Shown here in pieces: positions 59,242-64,000 of a stretch of 64,000 nucleotides of DNA. The notes under the pieces are model-generated. The model was not told the origin of the DNA. It saw nothing but the letters and a program-made list of their open reading frames with translations, and did not search any database. Made by a program: the position numbers and the translations under genes. This DNA is from Bacilli bacterium (GTDB taxonomy: Bacteria; Bacillota_I; Bacilli_A; RFN20; CAG-826), in contig JAILIF010000108.1 in assembly GCA_024695405.1 (NCBI GenBank), positions 2,970 to 66,969 on the forward strand. The letters are read 5' to 3'. The number at the start of each line of letters is the position of its first letter. The first letter of the stretch is position 1.

Positions 59242-62200
59242 ATGGCCGATGTAAAGAAAACAATGCTGTCAGTCGATGGTAACACAGCTGCAGCATTAGG
59301 ATCTTACAACTATATTGAAGTAGCTGGTATTTACCCAATTACTCCATCTTCTCCAATGGCGGAGAACATTGATGTTTATGCATCACAAGGTAAAAAGAAC
59401 TTTTTTGGTTCAGTAGTTAAAGTTAGCGAAATGCAATCTGAAGCTGGCGCTTCTGGTACAGTCCACGGTGTTTTACAAGCTGGTGGATTAGCAGCAACTT
59501 ATACAGCTAGCCAAGGTTTATTATTAATGATTCCAAACATTTATAAGTGGGTTGGCGAACTTCTTCCAGCAGTATTACATGTTTCTGCAAGAAGCTTAGC
59601 TACACGTAGCTTATCAATCTTTGGTGATCACCAAGACATTTATGCAATTAGACAAACTGGTATCGCAATGATTTGCTCTCACTCAGTTCAAGAAATTGCA
59701 GACTTAACAAACGTTGCTCACCTAGTAGCAATCGATGCTCAATATCCAGTATGTCATTTCTTTGATGGTTTCAGAACATCACACGAAATTCAAAACGTTG
59801 AATTCGTTGATGATGCTGAATGGAAGAAATTACTCCCAATGGATAAAGTTGAATTATTCCGTTCAAGAGCATTAAACCCACACACTCACCCAGTTACAAG
59901 AGGTGGTGCTGAAAACGATGACGTTTACTTCCAAGGTAGAGAAGCTCAAAACAAGAAACTTGATGAAGTTCTCGAAGTTGCTTGTAAATATTTCGAAAAA
60001 GCAAGTGAATTAACTGGTAGAAATTACGCTCCATTTACATACTATGGTGCTAAAGACGCTGATAGAGTTATCGTCGCAATGGGTTCTGTTACAGAAACAT
60101 TAACAGAAGTTATCGATGACTTAACTGCTAAAGGTGAAAAGATTGGTTTAGTTAAAGTTCATTTATTTAGACCATTCTCAGCAAAACACTTATTAGCTGT
60201 TTTACCAAAATCAGTTAAAACAATTGCTGTCTTAGACAGAACTAAAGAACCAGGTGCTGCAGGCGAACCATTATATGAAGACGTTACAGCAGTTATTAAA
60301 GAAGCTGGCTTAAATGTTGAAGTTATCGGTGGTAGATATGGTTTATCATCAAAAGATACTCAACCAAAAGATATGAAGGCAGTTTATGACTTCATGAAAT
60401 CAGATAAGAAATGGAATCACTTCACAGTTTCCATCAACGATGATGTTACACATCTTTCAATTCCAGTAGATGATAACTATCACGTTAAAGGCGACTACAC
60501 ATCCTGCTTATTCTATGGTTTAGGTAGTGATGGTACTGTTAGTGCTAACAAATCCTCCATTAAGATTATTGGTGACGCTACTGGTCAATATGCTCAAGCT
60601 TACTTCGCATATGATAGTAGAAAAGCTGGTGGTGTAACTCGTTCCCACTTAAGATTTGGTAAATCACCAATTCACTCTACATATTACGTACAAAACGCTG
60701 ACTTCGTTTCTTGTTCATTAGATTCTTACTTATATAAGTTCGACATGATCAAAAACTTAAAGAAAGGCGGAACATTCTTATTAAATACTGATTTGGATGA
60801 TGCAGCATTAATTGCATCAATGCCAAACCGTGTTAAATATCAATTAGCAACAAAAGGCGCTAAATTCTACGTCATTGATGCTAATAAGATTGCTGGAGAA
60901 ATCGGTATGGGTAGACATACAAATACAATTCTCCAAGCTTCATTCTTCTATCTCAACCAAGACATTATGCCTTATGACGAAGCTAATAAGTGGATGAAGA
61001 AATTCGCTGAAAAGAGCTATGCTAAGAAAGGTCAAGACATAGTTGAGATGAACTGGAAAGCAATCGATGCTGGTACTGAAGGCTTAAGAGAAGTCAAAGT
61101 TGATCCAGCATGGGCTAACTTAGAACCAAAAGTCGAAGCTAAATTAACTGGTGACGACTACTTCGATTCATACGTTGCTGTTATGGGTAACCTCGGTGGT
61201 GATGATCTCCCAGTCAGTAAGTTCATGGAATATGAATTACTCGATGGTACTATGAGAAACGATATTACTTTCAAAGAAAGAAGAAGTATCGCAGACAGAG
61301 TTCCATTATGGCACCCAGAAGCATGTATCCAATGTAACCAATGTGCATTCGTATGTCCACACGCAACAATCCGTCCAATCTTAATGGATGAAAACGAATA
61401 CGCTAACGCTCCTGAACTCGCAAAAGAAGCTATCAACGCTATGGGTCCTGGCTTAGCAGGATTGAAATACCGTATCCAAGTTTCACCAAGAAACTGTGTC
61501 GGTTGTGGTCTCTGTGTTGGCGAATGTATGGCTAATAAGACTGGCAAAGTCGCTCTTGAAATGGTTGAAGCTAAATCTCAATTTGCTCAAGAAGATGCTG
61601 CAGCATACTGCTATAAGAATGTTTCATACAAAGCAGACAGACTCCCAGAAGCATTACAAAATTCTGTTAAAGGTGTTGGATTCTTAATGCCTTACATGGA
61701 AATCTCTGGCGCATGTGCTGGTTGTGGTGAAACTCCATATTATAGATTAACTTCCCAATTATTTGGCAAAGATATGTTAGTTGCTAACGCAACTGGTTGT
61801 TCCTCAATTTATTCTGGTTCAACTCCATTAACTCCATTCTGCACAGATAAAGAAGGCCAAGGTGTTGCTTGGGCTAACTCCTTATTCGAAGATAACGCTG
61901 AATTCGGTTATGGTATGAGAGTTGCTACTAATGCAAAACTCAAAGCAATTATCGAAATCTTAACTGCTGCTAAAGAACGTGGCGTTGAAGCTGATTTAGC
62001 TGCTAAGATTGATGAATACTTTGCAAAGATTAAAGATAGAAAAGCAATGAGAACAATCGTTCCTGAATTAATTGCTCTTATCAAAGCAAGCAAAGACGAA
62101 GGAATCAAAGCTGCTCTTGCATATGAAAGAGACTTCGCTGATAAATCTGTTTGGATCGTCGGTGGTGATGGATGGGGCTATGATATCGGTTACGGTGGAT

Positions 62201-62790
62201 TAGATCACGTCATCGCAAACGAAGAAGATGTTAACATCTTATTACTCGATACTGAAGTTTACTCCAACACTGGTGGTCAATCTTCAAAATCATCACAAAC
62301 AGGTTCTATTGCTAAGTTCACTGCTAGTGGTAAAACAACTGCTAAGAAGAACCTTGCATTAATCGCTATGAGCTATGGTAACGTCTATGTTGCTCAAATC
62401 TCATTAGGTGCAAACCCAATCGCTGCTATTAAAGCATTAAAAGAAGCTGAATCTTATGATGGTCCATCATTAGTTATTTGCTACGCTCCATGTGCAAACC
62501 ATGGTATTAAAGGTGGATTAGCTAACTCAATGAGACAAGAAAGATTAGCTGTTGAATGTGGTTACTTCCCAATCTTCCGTTATGATCCAAGAAATGTTGA
62601 AGCTGGCAAACCAGCATTAACAATGGATATGAAAGATCCTGACTACACTAAGTTCAGAGACTTCGTCATGACAGAAACTAGATTCTCACAATTACCAAGA
62701 GTAAATCCTAATAATGCTGAGGCATTACTCACTAAGAGTGAGAAGTGTGCTAAAGATAGATTAGACAGAATTAAAAAGTTCGGTTTATAA
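59242..62790 (+). CDS. nifJ: Pyruvate:ferredoxin (flavodoxin) oxidoreductase
   Basis: 1182 aa; N-terminal PFOR domains; two 4Fe-4S ferredoxin motifs (CIQCNQCAFVCP, CVGCGLCVGEC); C-terminal TPP domain (GGDGWGYDIG); AGGAGG 7 nt before ATG 59242. Confidence 0.93.
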   Translation: MADVKKTMLSVDGNTAAALGSYNYIEVAGIYPITPSSPMAENIDVYASQGKKNFFGSVVKVSEMQSEAGASGTVHGVLQAGGLAATYTASQGLLLMIPNIYKWVGELLPAVLHVSARSLATRSLSIFGDHQDIYAIRQTGIAMICSHSVQEIADLTNVAHLVAIDAQYPVCHFFDGFRTSHEIQNVEFVDDAEWKKLLPMDKVELFRSRALNPHTHPVTRGGAENDDVYFQGREAQNKKLDEVLEVACKYFEKASELTGRNYAPFTYYGAKDADRVIVAMGSVTETLTEVIDDLTAKGEKIGLVKVHLFRPFSAKHLLAVLPKSVKTIAVLDRTKEPGAAGEPLYEDVTAVIKEAGLNVEVIGGRYGLSSKDTQPKDMKAVYDFMKSDKKWNHFTVSINDDVTHLSIPVDDNYHVKGDYTSCLFYGLGSDGTVSANKSSIKIIGDATGQYAQAYFAYDSRKAGGVTRSHLRFGKSPIHSTYYVQNADFVSCSLDSYLYKFDMIKNLKKGGTFLLNTDLDDAALIASMPNRVKYQLATKGAKFYVIDANKIAGEIGMGRHTNTILQASFFYLNQDIMPYDEANKWMKKFAEKSYAKKGQDIVEMNWKAIDAGTEGLREVKVDPAWANLEPKVEAKLTGDDYFDSYVAVMGNLGGDDLPVSKFMEYELLDGTMRNDITFKERRSIADRVPLWHPEACIQCNQCAFVCPHATIRPILMDENEYANAPELAKEAINAMGPGLAGLKYRIQVSPRNCVGCGLCVGECMANKTGKVALEMVEAKSQFAQEDAAAYCYKNVSYKADRLPEALQNSVKGVGFLMPYMEISGACAGCGETPYYRLTSQLFGKDMLVANATGCSSIYSGSTPLTPFCTDKEGQGVAWANSLFEDNAEFGYGMRVATNAKLKAIIEILTAAKERGVEADLAAKIDEYFAKIKDRKAMRTIVPELIALIKASKDEGIKAALAYERDFADKSVWIVGGDGWGYDIGYGGLDHVIANEEDVNILLLDTEVYSNTGGQSSKSSQTGSIAKFTASGKTTAKKNLALIAMSYGNVYVAQISLGANPIAAIKALKEAESYDGPSLVICYAPCANHGIKGGLANSMRQERLAVECGYFPIFRYDPRNVEAGKPALTMDMKDPDYTKFRDFVMTETRFSQLPRVNPNNAEALLTKSEKCAKDRLDRIKKFGL

Positions 62791-62909
62791 TCTAAGCGCA
62801 AAAATTGTTATTTAATTTATTAAATACTTTATCAATTTTGAAATTTATACTTGTTTATTAATTATTAATTAAGTTAAAATCAAGCATGTAGGTTAAGGAG
62901 ATTTTGAAT

Positions 62910-63296
62910 ATGAAAAAAGATTCGCGCCTTGTTGAAGCGTTAGTTGATTTGATCAACGAATACGTCGACATCGAAAATACAATTTCCTCACTCCCATGTG
63001 GTTATGTTTCTACTAAGACAATTAGTAATAAAACATATTATTATCGTCAATGGAGAGAAGGTAGCAAAATTTCTTCTGTTTATATTCCAAGCGCTCTTGT
63101 CAACGGTATTAGACGTAAGATTGCTTTTAGAAAGGAAAACGAAGCTCTTTTAAAAGAGGTCAAAAAAGACTTTGCTAAAACAACACGTAAAGTTGTCAAA
63201 GGTGGATTAATGTCAGAAGAAGATGTAACTTCTTTACTTCAAGCTGGCAGAAACGGCAAGGATGTAGCTGCAGAAGCTGCAAAATTGGTAAAATAA
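62910..63296 (+). CDS. Hypothetical protein
   Basis: ATG 62910 is 9 nt after AAGGAG; 128 aa; no recognisable motif. Confidence 0.45.
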   Translation: MKKDSRLVEALVDLINEYVDIENTISSLPCGYVSTKTISNKTYYYRQWREGSKISSVYIPSALVNGIRRKIAFRKENEALLKEVKKDFAKTTRKVVKGGLMSEEDVTSLLQAGRNGKDVAAEAAKLVK

Positions 63297-63316
63297 CAAT
63301 TAAAACCAACAAATTT

Positions 63317-63345
63317 AAGCTCCGCAATCGCGGGGCTTTTATTTT
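63317..63345 (+). terminator. Rho-independent terminator
   Basis: gctccgc-aatc-gcggggc followed by TTTTATTTT. Confidence 0.65.
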
Positions 63346-63386
63346 ACTTAATAAATAGGTTAAAAAAGATTATAATTGATACCGTT

Positions 63387-63893
63387 ATGAATAAATTAAT
63401 TGTTTTATCGGGCGTTCCAGGTAGTGGAAAAAGTTATATTTCTTTATTAATAAAAGATAGGATGAAAAACGGACACGTTTACATCGTTAGTAGTGATACT
63501 TTAAGAAAACAAATATGTGGTAGCCAACAGTGCTTTTCTCATGAAGAACTCATGTGGAATATGTATTATGAAATGGCTAAAGCCTATTCTTTGGATAAAG
63601 ACGGTATCGTTATTTTAGATAGTACAAATTCTTTAAGAATTTATAGAATTGATAAAGTAAAACCTCTTAAAGAATTATTTAATGAAGTAGATTTAGTTAC
63701 TTTTGAATTAGATAAATTAACTGTTATGCGTCAAAACATGGAAAGAGATTTTCCTATACCAAGTGACGCTTTAGAAAGATTAATTGATGAATACGAGCAT
63801 GTTAACGGAGAAGATGAAAACTTCTTTGATAACATTTACCATGTAAATAAACACGATTTAACTTCTATAATTGATAGTATTTTGAAAAAATAA
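63387..63893 (+). CDS. P-loop NTPase, predicted small kinase (AAA_33/zeta-like family)
   Basis: Walker A LSGVPGSGKSY; 168 aa. Confidence 0.6.
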   Translation: MNKLIVLSGVPGSGKSYISLLIKDRMKNGHVYIVSSDTLRKQICGSQQCFSHEELMWNMYYEMAKAYSLDKDGIVILDSTNSLRIYRIDKVKPLKELFNEVDLVTFELDKLTVMRQNMERDFPIPSDALERLIDEYEHVNGEDENFFDNIYHVNKHDLTSIIDSILKK

Positions 63894-63901
63894 TTAAAAA
63901 A

Positions 63902-63947
63902 TTTTTCAATTTTCTGAAAACACCCCCTCTATATAATTGAGGAGGTT
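63902..63947 (+). promoter_or_regulatory. Repeat family copy E
   Basis: TTTTTCAATTTTCTGAAAACACCCCCTCTATATAATTGAGGAGG with a TATAAT box. An ATG at 63954 opens an ORF that runs off the window (MNGYKIIKFRDNEF...). Confidence 0.45.
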
Positions 63948-64000
63948 TTTTCTATGAATGGTTATAAAATAATAAAATTTAGAGATAATGAATTTTAGCT

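Overview
AT-rich chromosomal window from a low-GC Gram-positive-type bacterium, densely coded and mostly on the + strand. The gene content suggests an anaerobic member of Erysipelotrichia, Mollicutes or the Bacilli.

Several blocks keep Bacillus subtilis-like gene order:
- recU, a 3'-5' exonuclease, gpsB, rnpB (RNase P RNA), pgsA, cinA, recA, rny, ymdB, miaB, ymcA, miaA
- dnaD-nth, cmk-der-hup, the suf operon (sufC-sufD-sufS-sufU-sufB), and mnmG-rsmG-parA.

Anaerobe markers are present:
- pyruvate:ferredoxin oxidoreductase
- desulfoferrodoxin
- a small ferredoxin missing from the ORF track
- formate-THF ligase
- a NifU-like protein.

Other housekeeping and surface content:
- A cysK - Rrf2 regulator - cysE module, the RNAP delta subunit, ychF-ispF-argS, and a tRNA-Gln(CUG).
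- An FMN riboswitch in front of a RibU-type riboflavin transporter.
- Two polysaccharide loci: a 5'-partial GT4 glycosyltransferase, ugd and a second GT4 at the window start, and fnlA/B/C (UDP-L-FucNAc pathway) near the end.

The most unusual items are:
- An ABC importer (lipoprotein binding protein, ATPase, 12-TM permease) whose permease is fused in frame to a winged-HTH plus LicC-type cytidylyltransferase module. This looks like an import-and-activate unit for a phosphocholine- or aminoethylphosphonate-like head group.
- FnlA/CapE carrying an N-terminal XRE-type helix-turn-helix.
- A five-member family of roughly 40-nt upstream promoter/Shine-Dalgarno elements. Two copies sit in a 750-bp region that encodes no recognisable protein but contains small basic ORFs and GC-rich hairpins.
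- A PlsC-type acyltransferase with a zinc-ribbon C-terminal domain.
- A head-domain-only CCA/poly(A) polymerase-like nucleotidyltransferase.

No rRNA, CRISPR array, transposase or prophage signature was seen.
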